Assembly (NCBI GenBank): GCA_964635445.1
Contig: CAZWNK010000002.1
Location: forward strand, 1-52,106
Direction: 5' to 3'
DNA: 52,106 bases
Source of the DNA: an uncultured Candidatus Saccharibacteria bacterium
GTDB taxonomy: Bacteria; Patescibacteriota; Saccharimonadia; Saccharimonadales; CAZDBS01
Shown here: piece after piece, positions 43,319 through 52,106 of the stretch
How the letters are laid out: the number at the start of each line of letters is the position of its first letter
Numbering within the stretch: the first letter of the stretch is position 1
Position numbers and translations under genes: made by a program
Notes under the pieces: generated by a model
What the model was told of the DNA's origin: nothing
Seen by the model: the letters and a program-made list of their open reading frames with translations, nothing else
Databases searched by the model: none

Positions 43319-44809
43319 ATGGTATCCAGTGAATCACATGAAGAAGCAAATTTTGATATTCCCGAAACTATGTGGAAGCTACACATGGACGTTGTCGAGA
43401 TTGACGCTCGCATTGCCGACGGCGTAAGTGAATATACTGCTGATCTCTTTCAGGCAGCAAGGGTAAGGGCGGTTGAAGAACGTGACCAATTTGCGGCTCG
43501 TACTGATGTTAGAGAGTATTTTGGGGGCTTAGTACTTAAATCCGAGCAACAAATTGAAGCGCTACGGCAAGCAATGCATGAACTTGAGGAATTGCAAGAA
43601 TTTGCAAAAAAAGGCTTAATCGATCCTGCGATTATTAATGATCGCAAAGCAAAGCTCGATATGGGAGCTGAGATTGAGGCTGGTAATTCGCTAGAGTTTG
43701 CACGTTGGGTGCTAAGTATTGGTGAAATACAAGACCCTAGCTCTACGGATACTTTTGTTTCAGAAAGTGACACCTCTCAGGTAGGCCTAGATGAAATGGA
43801 AGTAGAAGGGGAGGAAGATCCATTTGAGGAAGTGTTTAGCTTTCAGGTTGCGGCAGATTTGGAAGCCATTCTGAGACTCAAAAGTTATGTACTAGATCGA
43901 TTTGCTGTTGTTGGTGTTGAAGAGCTGTTAGCTGATAATCATTTGTCAGAACGAGTTCCCTACGACAGCGCAATTTGGGAGAGTTTAGGGGAAGATGAGA
44001 AAAAGCGAGCTCTAGAGGAACGCAGATACAATGCAGTTTTAGTCGCTGTGCAGCTTATCGAGCAAGATGGAATTGAAAATATTTATCAAGCCATTGAATC
44101 ACGCGACAAGAATGATCCAAGACTAGCCGTGTTATTTGTGCTTGATGATATTTCTAAACTGCCAGAAAGAAACGAGCTATTGTATGAACTTACTTTTGAG
44201 CAACAGAAGTTCAATTACGGAGTATTAAGATCAGTTACGGGCAGAGTTGTAGATGTTGTCCCTCTTGCTCAAAAACCGAGCCTCCATATGGAAGAACAGC
44301 CCCTTTTGGCCGATGACGCTGGCGTGTCATCTGTTGAGGAGACAATTATTGAAGGTCACGAACTTGATACTCTTGAACCCGACTCTCTTACAGAACATGG
44401 AGCGGTCAGGGTTGAACAAGAACAAAACGAGGAAGAACTTAAGAAATCAAGGTCCCATCTAGAAAAGCACGACGAAGATACTATCAAAAAAATTGCAGGA
44501 GATGTTTTTAAGCTCGCGGAAGAATTAGGCTGGAGAAATGGCGAGGACACCTCTATTCATCTACTTGAGTTGAGATCAATCGCAAACCCCAAAATTCTTC
44601 AGAAGGCTAGAGCACGAGGTATAGTTCGAGATAAGCGAAACGGGCAGGGTGCGGGAGATATTAGCAACCTGGACATAGTTGATCTAGTTCGTTTGGCTGT
44701 TTACTGGAAATTCGAGCCGCTTTATCAAGTTTCTAGTAAAAAACGAGCAATCGATCAAATAATTCGAGCTTGCGAGAGGTCGTGGTTAAGTAAGAAAGAA
44801 TCACACTGA
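43319..44809 (+). CDS. Orphan acidic cytoplasmic protein (496 aa), no recognisable domain
   Basis: Long ORF, Glu/Asp-rich, no TM, signal peptide or nucleotide-binding motif. The track start TTG 43280 coincides with the -35 box, so ATG 43319 is preferred. Confidence 0.7.
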   Translation: MVSSESHEEANFDIPETMWKLHMDVVEIDARIADGVSEYTADLFQAARVRAVEERDQFAARTDVREYFGGLVLKSEQQIEALRQAMHELEELQEFAKKGLIDPAIINDRKAKLDMGAEIEAGNSLEFARWVLSIGEIQDPSSTDTFVSESDTSQVGLDEMEVEGEEDPFEEVFSFQVAADLEAILRLKSYVLDRFAVVGVEELLADNHLSERVPYDSAIWESLGEDEKKRALEERRYNAVLVAVQLIEQDGIENIYQAIESRDKNDPRLAVLFVLDDISKLPERNELLYELTFEQQKFNYGVLRSVTGRVVDVVPLAQKPSLHMEEQPLLADDAGVSSVEETIIEGHELDTLEPDSLTEHGAVRVEQEQNEEELKKSRSHLEKHDEDTIKKIAGDVFKLAEELGWRNGEDTSIHLLELRSIANPKILQKARARGIVRDKRNGQGAGDISNLDIVDLVRLAVYWKFEPLYQVSSKKRAIDQIIRACERSWLSKKESH

Positions 44810-44889
44810 TTACTTGCTCTAGACAAGCCGGAGCATTAGCTGTATGCTGAAATTGTATTAATAATCTCTTGAAAGGGGATGCAAACGCT

Positions 44890-45114
44890 ATGGAAATGAA
44901 CGCGCTCGATAAAGTATCGACTACGCTTCTTATGGTGGGGGGACTCAACTGGGGATTAGTTGGTGTCTTCAAATACAACCTTGTCGACAAGTTGTTTGGA
45001 GTTGAATCAGGCCTCTCTCGAGTTGTCTATACGCTTGTCGGTCTCGCTGGCGTGTACTGCTTCTATCGAATGGTTATGATGTTGTCAGGCAGCAAACCAG
45101 CTCCTAAAGCCTAA
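44890..45114 (+). CDS. DUF378-family small membrane protein
   Basis: LDKVSTTLLMVGGLNWGLVGVFKYNLVDKLFG...VYTLVGLAGVY matches the DUF378 pattern. Start could be 44869 (TTG), 44890 or 44896. Confidence 0.75.
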   Translation: MEMNALDKVSTTLLMVGGLNWGLVGVFKYNLVDKLFGVESGLSRVVYTLVGLAGVYCFYRMVMMLSGSKPAPKA

Positions 45115-45134
45115 CGAAGCTTGCACATCTTCTA

Positions 45135-45165
45135 AAAAGATCCCACCCTAGGGTGGGATCTTTTG
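45135..45165 (+). terminator. Rho-independent terminator, abutting the rlmD-like -10 box
   Basis: AAAAGATCCCACCC-ta-GGGTGGGATCTTTT. TATACT follows at 45166-45171. Confidence 0.8.
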
Positions 45166-45178
45166 TATACTGTCATCT

Positions 45179-46432
45179 ATGCAAGAAACTATTCGTATAG
45201 AAAAGCTCGTACCTGGCGGTCAAGGTTTGGCCACTCTTTCTAATGGGCAAAAGATTTTTGTCTGGAATGCACTACCTGGAGAAGAGGCCAAGGTGCAAGT
45301 GTGGCGGCGCAAAAAACAATTCGCCGAAGGGTTGGCGACAGAGATCTTGAAGTCTTCCGAGCACCGAGTAGAGCCAAAAGAACCGGAGAGTTACCTCGCG
45401 ACATCACCATGGCAGATCATGGACTCTGATTATGAGAATGAACAGAAAAAGCTACTCATAGAAGAGATATTTTCTCGAGAAAAAATCAAACTACCTGTTT
45501 TTGAATTTACTGCAGATAGCAAACCGTTCCATTACCGCAATAAGATGGAATATAGCTTCTGGGCTGATGACACGGGTCTTCATCTGGCGCTATACAATCG
45601 TGGCAGCCACCAAAAAGCTATCGTGACGGGATCGCAATTAGCTATGTCCGCGCTCGATGTGGCGGCCCACGCGATTCTCCAGACGCTCCGTGCAGCGAAA
45701 ATCCAAGGACGACAACTCAAGACTTTAGTGGTTCGCTGTAGCCAGGACAGTACTTGTGTCGCATCATTGTTCGTAAAAGACGAGAATTTCCCAGATGTAA
45801 CACTTCCTGAAGAGATCAAGGGACTGCGCGTCTACTATTCTGATCCCAAAAGCCCTGCGTCGGTCATGACGAGGTTGGTGTATGAAAAGGGCGACGTGAA
45901 ACTCAAAGATACTGTACTGGGGACGAGTTTGGTCTACGATGTCGACTCGTTTTTCCAGGTAAATGTCCCGATATTTGAGCGAGCGGTTCAAACGATGCGA
46001 GAGACGAGTGCGGTCAGTGATTTCTTTGTCGATATGTACGGAGGAGTCGGAAGTATTGGCTTGACGCTATCGGGTGAAAAACCGCTTACGATCGTCGAGC
46101 TGGATGAACATTCGGCAGCCATGGCTTCACTCAATGGTGGGGAAGATACGACTGTCGTGCGAACTAGTACGGAGCAGGCGCTCGACTACATCGTGAATGA
46201 TAAAGTGATGATTTTTGACCCGCCACGAGCTGGACTGCATCCCAAAGTCATCCAGAAGATCCTAGAAGTCTTACCGATCAAAATCTACTATCTGAGTTGC
46301 AATCCCGTGACGCAAGCCCGAGACCTCGCATCGCTACTCGAGTCATATGAAATAACGAAAGCTGAAGGTTACAATTTCTTCCCACGCACCCCACATCTTG
46401 AATTTCTGACTATACTCAAGCGAAAGGTATAA
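45179..46432 (+). CDS. TrmA/RlmD-family RNA (uracil-5)-methyltransferase with N-terminal TRAM-like domain
   Basis: FFQVN, DMYGGVGSIG, FDPPRAGL, YLSCNP motifs. Confidence 0.85.
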   Translation: MQETIRIEKLVPGGQGLATLSNGQKIFVWNALPGEEAKVQVWRRKKQFAEGLATEILKSSEHRVEPKEPESYLATSPWQIMDSDYENEQKKLLIEEIFSREKIKLPVFEFTADSKPFHYRNKMEYSFWADDTGLHLALYNRGSHQKAIVTGSQLAMSALDVAAHAILQTLRAAKIQGRQLKTLVVRCSQDSTCVASLFVKDENFPDVTLPEEIKGLRVYYSDPKSPASVMTRLVYEKGDVKLKDTVLGTSLVYDVDSFFQVNVPIFERAVQTMRETSAVSDFFVDMYGGVGSIGLTLSGEKPLTIVELDEHSAAMASLNGGEDTTVVRTSTEQALDYIVNDKVMIFDPPRAGLHPKVIQKILEVLPIKIYYLSCNPVTQARDLASLLESYEITKAEGYNFFPRTPHLEFLTILKRKV

Positions 46433-46440
46433 TACTCAAC

Positions 46441-47163
46441 ATGAAACTGCATCGCTTCTATATCGGCGACATCAAAGACAAGAATGGGCCGCTACAACTT
46501 GAACATTCGCTATGGATCAATGATCCGGAGTTAGTGAAACAATGGACAAAAGTTCTCAGGTTTGAAATAGGTGAGGAAGTTGTGCTGTTTGATGGTAAGA
46601 GTGAGGATCGTCTATACCGCATAACAACGTTCGAGCCACTGTCGGTACATCTTGAATATATCACCGATCTTGAACGGACGTTGCCGTCCAAAGAGATCTA
46701 TCTATGTTTCAGTATGTTGAAAAAAGACAACAGCGAATGGGTACTACAGAAATGCACTGAACTTGGCGTCAGTCATTTTGTACCGCTCATCACAGATCGA
46801 ACCGAGAAAACCGGCTGGGATATGGAGCGAGCTGAAAAAATCGTCATCGAAGCCAGTGAACAATGTGGCCGAAGTGATATTCCAAGATTGCGCGAACCAA
46901 TAAGCCTTGGTAGTGCTCTAGAGGAGCTCAAAGATGAAGCGCTTTTTGTGTGCGACAAACAGGAACCCGGCACTGTTGATGCGGGCTTAAGTGATGTGCC
47001 AAGTGAGGCGCCGCTTGTAGTAATCGTCGGTCCAGAAGGTGGCTGGTCGGACAATGATCATGAAATCATGCAGCAATACAATGTACGATATCTGCATCTC
47101 GGCTCACTCACACTGCGTGCTGAAACCGCATGTGTCGCGGCAGTGACAAAACTAGTACAATAA
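46441..47163 (+). CDS. rsmE: 16S rRNA (uracil1498-N3)-methyltransferase RsmE
   Basis: MKLHRFYI..., IVGPEGGWSDNDHEIM, LGSLTLRAETA. Confidence 0.9.
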   Translation: MKLHRFYIGDIKDKNGPLQLEHSLWINDPELVKQWTKVLRFEIGEEVVLFDGKSEDRLYRITTFEPLSVHLEYITDLERTLPSKEIYLCFSMLKKDNSEWVLQKCTELGVSHFVPLITDRTEKTGWDMERAEKIVIEASEQCGRSDIPRLREPISLGSALEELKDEALFVCDKQEPGTVDAGLSDVPSEAPLVVIVGPEGGWSDNDHEIMQQYNVRYLHLGSLTLRAETACVAAVTKLVQ

Positions 47164-47168
47164 GCGGT

Positions 47169-48014
47169 ATGACAGAAGATAACGAAGATCCTGCGCCAGC
47201 TAGTCAAGAGAAGGATCCGTCAGATTTTGGACTAACCGAACCTGAGCCAGGGCGCTACGAGCAAGGTAAACCATTCCGGTTTCTTGTACACGTCCCTCTC
47301 GGCGAGCTTGACAGGCGTTTTGAAGAAATTGGCAGTGAGCGAGACGGTATTCTCATGGCTTCTTTGATAGACGAAAGCCATCCTGACACCTTCGAAGGCA
47401 GGGGAGGTTTTCTACTTGCACAACCGGCACCTGAAGGCATACGTGGAACTTGGAATACTGATGCCGCAGCCGTTACCCACGAAGAACGCACATCTGCCGA
47501 ACAAACTTTGTCTGAAACGCGACCACTCGACTATAACGAAGTAGATCTTAATTTTGATGCCACAAGAGTCGTAGGTGTGTGTTTGCGCGTACGCCCTGAC
47601 GGTACTCGAATTGGGCCAAACGTTCATAATACTTGGCTGGAACAAGTTGCAAAGGAGAGAAATCTACCTGTCGTGGAGGTGGTCGTGCCCCCTCGTGAAT
47701 TACCTACAGAAGTAGGGGTTATAGACGAACAGTTGCCGGATCGGCGAAGTAGCATGAAAACCTACAACATTCCAAATGACTCACAAAGCATGTATAGAGT
47801 GCAAGTTGCGTCGTTTGCAGAGGGTGCCAACCCATATTTTACAAGTGAAGATAAGGCAGTTCGTGCTATGAAAATAGATCAATATGGCGAAGTAGAACGA
47901 AAGCTATCTGAGGCGGACGCGGTCAATATAACAAGACACCTCGGTGGTATTTCCGAGGTGTCTGAGCACGAGGCGATCCAAAAAGAGCTTGTGAAGGCTA
48001 GCTCGCAGGAGTAG
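47169..48014 (+). CDS. Orphan acidic protein (281 aa), no recognisable domain
   Basis: ATG at 47169 lies 7 nt after TACAAT (47156-47161). The track start at 47130 lies inside rsmE. Confidence 0.6.
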   Translation: MTEDNEDPAPASQEKDPSDFGLTEPEPGRYEQGKPFRFLVHVPLGELDRRFEEIGSERDGILMASLIDESHPDTFEGRGGFLLAQPAPEGIRGTWNTDAAAVTHEERTSAEQTLSETRPLDYNEVDLNFDATRVVGVCLRVRPDGTRIGPNVHNTWLEQVAKERNLPVVEVVVPPRELPTEVGVIDEQLPDRRSSMKTYNIPNDSQSMYRVQVASFAEGANPYFTSEDKAVRAMKIDQYGEVERKLSEADAVNITRHLGGISEVSEHEAIQKELVKASSQE

Positions 48015-48507
48015 CAGGTGCTGCTGGAGGAGTTGGAGCGGTCGGTGCGGCTGGTGCAGGAGGTGTCGTTGAAGTGGGGGAAACTGGAGTTGTGCCTTTG
48101 AGTGGTCCTTGGTATGTAGCCTTACCGAATCCAAGCAGCATGTAGCCGATAGGTGAGAGTAGTATGAGCAAGAAGAATGACCAGACTCCAGATTTGCCAA
48201 AGCACTTCCCAAGTCGAACAGCCCAGATGATGGCGAAGACTATATTTACGATAGGCACAAGGAGTAGCAATACCAGCCAAGGATTTTCGCCAATGATTTG
48301 GAGCATGACGATCGTGTTGTAGATAGGGATGATTGCGGCCCATCCTGGTTTACCGGCCTTCTGGAATGTCTTCCACATACCGATAACACTCAAGAGTCCA
48401 AACACCCACGAGCCGTACATAAATGTTGGCGGCGTACTGTATGTCGTGGTGTTTGTTGTGTTGTAGTTATATGTTAGTTCGCCGGCATGTGCCAAAAGAG
48501 CATTCAT
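47998..48507 (-). CDS. DUF5684-family membrane protein with Pro/Ala/Thr-rich C-terminal tail
   Basis: WKTFQKAGKPGWAAIIPIYNTIVMLQIIGENPW...FGKSGVWSFFLLILLSPIGYMLLGFGKATYQG. GGAGG SD. Confidence 0.75.
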   Translation of the reverse strand: MNALLAHAGELTYNYNTTNTTTYSTPPTFMYGSWVFGLLSVIGMWKTFQKAGKPGWAAIIPIYNTIVMLQIIGENPWLVLLLLVPIVNIVFAIIWAVRLGKCFGKSGVWSFFLLILLSPIGYMLLGFGKATYQGPLKGTTPVSPTSTTPPAPAAPTAPTPPAAPATPAS

Positions 48508-48618
48508 AGCTTTCCTCCGAAAGTTTTAAGTGATCGTTAAGCTTAAGTGTATCGACAAGCGAGGGACTTGGCAATCTTTTGCTAGCCGAAGCAACGAGAA
48601 CCGTACTATACTAGAGAT

Positions 48619-49875
48619 ATGCTAGATATACAGTTCATCCGAGACAACCGCGAATTAGTGCAGGAGAAGAGCAAACAAAAGAATGTCGATGTTGATATCG
48701 ATAGACTATTGTCGCTTGACGACCAGCGCCGTGCACTTATCACAAAAACAGAAACCCTTCGCCAGGAGCGCAACGCACTCTCCTCGCAATCACAGGGTGG
48801 CAAGCCTACTGAAGAACAGATCAACGAGGGTCGACGGCTCAAAGATGAGATCAGTAATCTTGAAGCCGAACTCGGTGCAGTCGACAAAGACTTTCGTGAC
48901 CTTATGCTGCGAGTACCAAACCCAGTACAGGATGATGTGCCCGTTGGCGCGGATGAGTCGGCCAATCAAGTTATCAAGACCATCGGTGAGCAGCCTCAAT
49001 TTGCGTTTGAAGTCAAAGATCACTTGGAACTTGGGGAAAAACTAGGAATCATCGATGTTGAGAACGGTGCCAAAATCAGTGGCAGTCGGTTTTACTATCT
49101 CAAAGGATCGGCCGTACAGCTCGAATTTGCTCTCGTAAACTGGCTTATAAGCAAATATATTGCCAAAGGCTTTACGCTCGTGACCGTTCCTCAGTTGGTG
49201 CGCCGCGAGATGATGGAGGGTACGGGCTTTTTCCCGGCGGATGAAAATGAGATCTATAGGGTCAATGCCGATGATGACGATCTTTATCTCATCGGCACAA
49301 GTGAAGTGCCGCTCGCTGGTTTGCATGCTGGCGAGGTGATGGACGTGCTTGACGAGCCAAAACGATACTTAGGTTTCTCGACATGTTTTCGTCGAGAGGC
49401 TGGCTCGTACGGTAAAGATACTCGTGGCATATTCCGTGTTCATCAGTTTGATAAGCTCGAAATGTATTCATATTGTCGTCCTGAAGTTTCTCGAGACGAA
49501 CATGAATATTTACTCAGTATTGAAGAGGAAATACTCCAAGATCTCAAGCTCCCATACCATGTACTCAACCTCTGTAGCGGTGATCTCGGGGCGCCTGCTG
49601 CCAAGAAATATGACTGTGAAGCATGGATACCTTCTCAAGCTCGGTATCGTGAGCTAACGAGCTGTAGTAACACGACAGATTTTCAAGCTCGCCGTCTCAA
49701 CATTCGGTATAGGACTTCAGATGGAAAAGTAGAGTATGCTCACACCCTGAATGGCACAGCCATGGCGTATAGCCGCATGCTCATCGCCATCATGGAGAAC
49801 TATCAAGAACAAGATGGTAGAGTGCGCATCCCAGAGGTATTAGTACCATTCATGGGAGGGAAGGAGTATCTATGA
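48619..49875 (+). CDS. serS: Seryl-tRNA synthetase
   Basis: N-terminal coiled-coil arm, FRREAGSYGKDTRGIFRVHQF, GTAMAYSRMLIAIMENYQ. Confidence 0.96.
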   Translation: MLDIQFIRDNRELVQEKSKQKNVDVDIDRLLSLDDQRRALITKTETLRQERNALSSQSQGGKPTEEQINEGRRLKDEISNLEAELGAVDKDFRDLMLRVPNPVQDDVPVGADESANQVIKTIGEQPQFAFEVKDHLELGEKLGIIDVENGAKISGSRFYYLKGSAVQLEFALVNWLISKYIAKGFTLVTVPQLVRREMMEGTGFFPADENEIYRVNADDDDLYLIGTSEVPLAGLHAGEVMDVLDEPKRYLGFSTCFRREAGSYGKDTRGIFRVHQFDKLEMYSYCRPEVSRDEHEYLLSIEEEILQDLKLPYHVLNLCSGDLGAPAAKKYDCEAWIPSQARYRELTSCSNTTDFQARRLNIRYRTSDGKVEYAHTLNGTAMAYSRMLIAIMENYQEQDGRVRIPEVLVPFMGGKEYL

Positions 49876-50252
49876 TTCACAAGATCGAAACGAGTGCGAG
49901 AGGTCTAGAACTCAACGAAACGATCAACGGATATGTCCAACAGAAAATTGGTGATCTCGACCGTTATCTACAGCGGCACGCTCGCAAAACAGTGCACGCA
50001 GAAGTGAAATTGTGGAAAGAAAAAGGCAAAGGCGGTCGCGGCTATACCGCGGAAGTCATCGTATTTTTGCCCAATGATCAACTGACGGCCAAAGAAACCG
50101 CATCAACCATCGAGGCTGCCATCGATGGCGTACAAGATAAAGTCAAACAACAACTTCGAAAATACAAAGAGATGAAAACGTCGCGTAAAACAGTCCGTCA
50201 TCAGCTGGGACGGGCGTTTTCGCGGCTTGCCCGCAGATCGTCCACAGAGTAG
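49872..50252 (+). CDS. hpf: Ribosome hibernation promoting factor / RaiA family (short form)
   Basis: ELNETINGYVQQKIGDLDRYL...TAKETASTIEAAIDGVQDKVKQQLRKYKE. ATGA overlap with serS. Confidence 0.85.
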   Translation: MIHKIETSARGLELNETINGYVQQKIGDLDRYLQRHARKTVHAEVKLWKEKGKGGRGYTAEVIVFLPNDQLTAKETASTIEAAIDGVQDKVKQQLRKYKEMKTSRKTVRHQLGRAFSRLARRSSTE

Positions 50253-50310
50253 AATGTCAAAGATCTATTATTACTGAAAATCGTCCATCGTGACCGGAAA
50301 GTTGGGGTGA

Positions 50311-52106
50311 ATGAAAGCATTTGTCAAACGTGTAGTCGGAGCCGACCCTCAAGCAAAGACGCTCAAGCGCATGCGTAAGCGTGTCGAGCAAATCAATAGT
50401 CTCGAACAGAAGTACGAGAAATTGACCGACAAGCAGTTACGCGCGAAGACCGATGAGTTCAAAAAAGAACTTGAGAAAAAAACACTCAACGATATATTGC
50501 CAGATGCATTTGCAGTTGCGCGAGAAGCCGCCAAACGAACGATTGGACAGAGACACTTCGATGTACAGTTGATAGGTGGCATGGTGCTGCACGAAGGGTC
50601 AATCGCTGAAATGCGTACTGGTGAAGGCAAGACGCTTGTCGCGACGTTGCCACTGTATCTCAATGCACTGGAAGGCAAAGGCGCTCATCTCGTCACTGTC
50701 AATGATTATTTGGCCCAGCTACATGCCGGATGGATGGGACAGGTATATCACGCGTTGGGTTTGTCGACAGGAGTGATCATCCCCGATGCTTCTTTCGTCT
50801 ACGACGAAGAATTCATCAATGAGGAGCATGAGGACGAACGTTTCCGACACCTGAAACCATGTACTCGCAAAGAAGCATACGCTGCCGATATCACGTATGG
50901 CACCAACAACGAATTTGGATTTGATTATCTCCGTGACAATATGGTGAGTGATCAGGACGGTCTCCGACAACGAGCCCTGCACTACGCTATCGTAGATGAA
51001 GTCGACTCGATCCTCGTCGATGAGGCGCGCACGCCACTGATCATTTCTGCACCGTCGACAAATAGTGGCACGAGTTATGCATTGTTTGCGCAGGTCGCTC
51101 GTCAAATGGTCAAAGACAAAGATTACGAAGTCGATGAGAAACGTCGAGCAGTCAGCATGACGGACGACGGCATCGACAAAGTCCAGAAGATCCTCGGTAT
51201 CGATAATATCTATGATCCCGAACATGTTCGACAGATTTATCACATGGATCAAGCCATGAAGGCTGAAGCGTTGTTCAAACGCGACAAAGACTATGTCGTC
51301 ACCAAAGACGGGGAAGTCATCATCGTTGACGAGTTTACTGGACGTTTGATGCACGGACGTCGCTACAACGAGGGACTCCACCAGGCGATCGAGGCCAAAG
51401 AAGGTGTCGAAGTGCTCCAAGAGTCGATGACGCTCGCGACGATTTCGTTCCAGAACTATTTCCGTCTCTACAAAAAACTCTCTGGTATGACTGGTACTGC
51501 CAAGACCGAAGCAGAAGAATTCAATCAGATATACAAACTCGAAGTCGTCGAAATCCCACCAAACCGACCGATGATTCGTAAAGATCTCACCGACAAGATC
51601 TACAAGACCGAGGAAGGTAAGTTCCGGGCAATTGTTGCCAAAGTCAAAGAACTGCACGAAAAAGGCCAACCGGTACTGATCGGTACCGTCTCCATCGAGA
51701 AAAATGAGATGTTGAGTCATGCGCTAGAAAAAGCAGGTGTTCCGCATCAAGTACTCAATGCCAAGAATAATGAACACGAAGCGGGTATCGTCGCCAAAGC
51801 CGGGCGCAAAGGCGCCGTCACGCTTGCCACCAACATAGCCGGTCGCGGTACAGATATCGTGCTTGACGATGAAGCGCGAAGCCTCGGTGGTTTGTTTGTC
51901 CTTGGCTCTGAACGACACGAGTCGCGACGAATCGACAACCAGTTGCGTGGACGATCAGGACGACAGGGTGACCCAGGTGAGTCGCAATTCTATGTTTCAT
52001 GCCAGGACGATCTGATGCGAATTTTTGCTGGTGATCGCATCGCCGCTCTTATGGACCGTTTGGGTGTCGACGAAGATACGCCGATCGAAAATAAAGCCGT
52101 ATCGAA
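50311..52106 (+). CDS. secA: Preprotein translocase ATPase SecA, 3'-truncated by the window edge
   Basis: Hand translation: [16 protein letters not shown]...[29 protein letters not shown]...[21 protein letters not shown]...[15 protein letters not shown]. Not in the track because there is no stop codon in the window. Confidence 0.95.
   Translation, partial: MKAFVKRVVGADPQAKTLKRMRKRVEQINSLEQKYEKLTDKQLRAKTDEFKKELEKKTLNDILPDAFAVAREAAKRTIGQRHFDVQLIGGMVLHEGSIAEMRTGEGKTLVATLPLYLNALEGKGAHLVTVNDYLAQLHAGWMGQVYHALGLSTGVIIPDASFVYDEEFINEEHEDERFRHLKPCTRKEAYAADITYGTNNEFGFDYLRDNMVSDQDGLRQRALHYAIVDEVDSILVDEARTPLIISAPSTNSGTSYALFAQVARQMVKDKDYEVDEKRRAVSMTDDGIDKVQKILGIDNIYDPEHVRQIYHMDQAMKAEALFKRDKDYVVTKDGEVIIVDEFTGRLMHGRRYNEGLHQAIEAKEGVEVLQESMTLATISFQNYFRLYKKLSGMTGTAKTEAEEFNQIYKLEVVEIPPNRPMIRKDLTDKIYKTEEGKFRAIVAKVKELHEKGQPVLIGTVSIEKNEMLSHALEKAGVPHQVLNAKNNEHEAGIVAKAGRKGAVTLATNIAGRGTDIVLDDEARSLGGLFVLGSERHESRRIDNQLRGRSGRQGDPGESQFYVSCQDDLMRIFAGDRIAALMDRLGVDEDTPIENKAVS

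Noticed and set aside
50719-51720. 333-aa ORF on the minus strand, plus smaller minus-strand ORFs to 52000
   Set aside because: It lies entirely antisense to an unmistakable SecA reading frame (DEAD-box motor motifs on the plus strand). Its composition is repetitive (D/F/V-rich) and it has no SD. This is a typical antisense shadow ORF.

Overview
This is a gene-dense, mostly housekeeping chromosomal segment of about 50 CDS. It uses the standard code: TGA acts as a stop in several ATGA/TGATG gene overlaps. No rRNA, tRNA, CRISPR array, transposase or integrase was seen. All calls rest on reading motifs in the supplied translations and DNA; no database search was possible.

Gene content points to a small-genome, Gram-positive-type bacterium, most plausibly Patescibacteria/CPR (Saccharibacteria-like). 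This is an inference from the class I LysRS, a ProRS without the INS editing domain, nrdR plus B12-type nrdJ, an LCP enzyme, an rpsB-tsf-frr-uppS-rseP-proS cluster lacking pyrH and cdsA, and huge NHL-repeat surface proteins.

Core genes, in order:
- rpsU, yqeY-like, adk, map, ftsA, ftsZ, nrdR, nrdJ, parA, parB, lepB and an LCP-family gene
- htrA, prmC, prfA, rpmE, rpsB, tsf, frr, uppS, rseP and proS
- greA, lysS, a MacB-type ABC pair, rlmD-like, rsmE, serS, hpf and secA (3'-truncated)

Accessory or unusual content:
1. Three very large surface proteins. One is cut by the left window edge. One is split by a 1-nt frameshift. Two share a conserved PTPAP...WWGVGG C-terminal anchor.
2. A translationally coupled NOX/ferric-reductase-type flavocytochrome plus a membrane-anchored, probably extracytoplasmic, cytochrome b5-like protein.
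3. A roughly 1 kb ORF-poor region with small convergent ORFs, including a 50-aa RHH-like ORF absent from the ORF track.
4. A consensus promoter running straight into a palindromic terminator upstream of a crp/fnr-family gene.
5. A scarred msrA locus with a duplicated gene start flanking 204 nt of unique DNA, plus two frameshifts.
6. Two orphan acidic proteins.
7. A recurrent -10 box sitting 6-9 nt upstream of the ATG of at least 10 genes, suggesting frequent leaderless mRNAs.

All three frameshifts sit at short homopolymers, so assembly error is not excluded.
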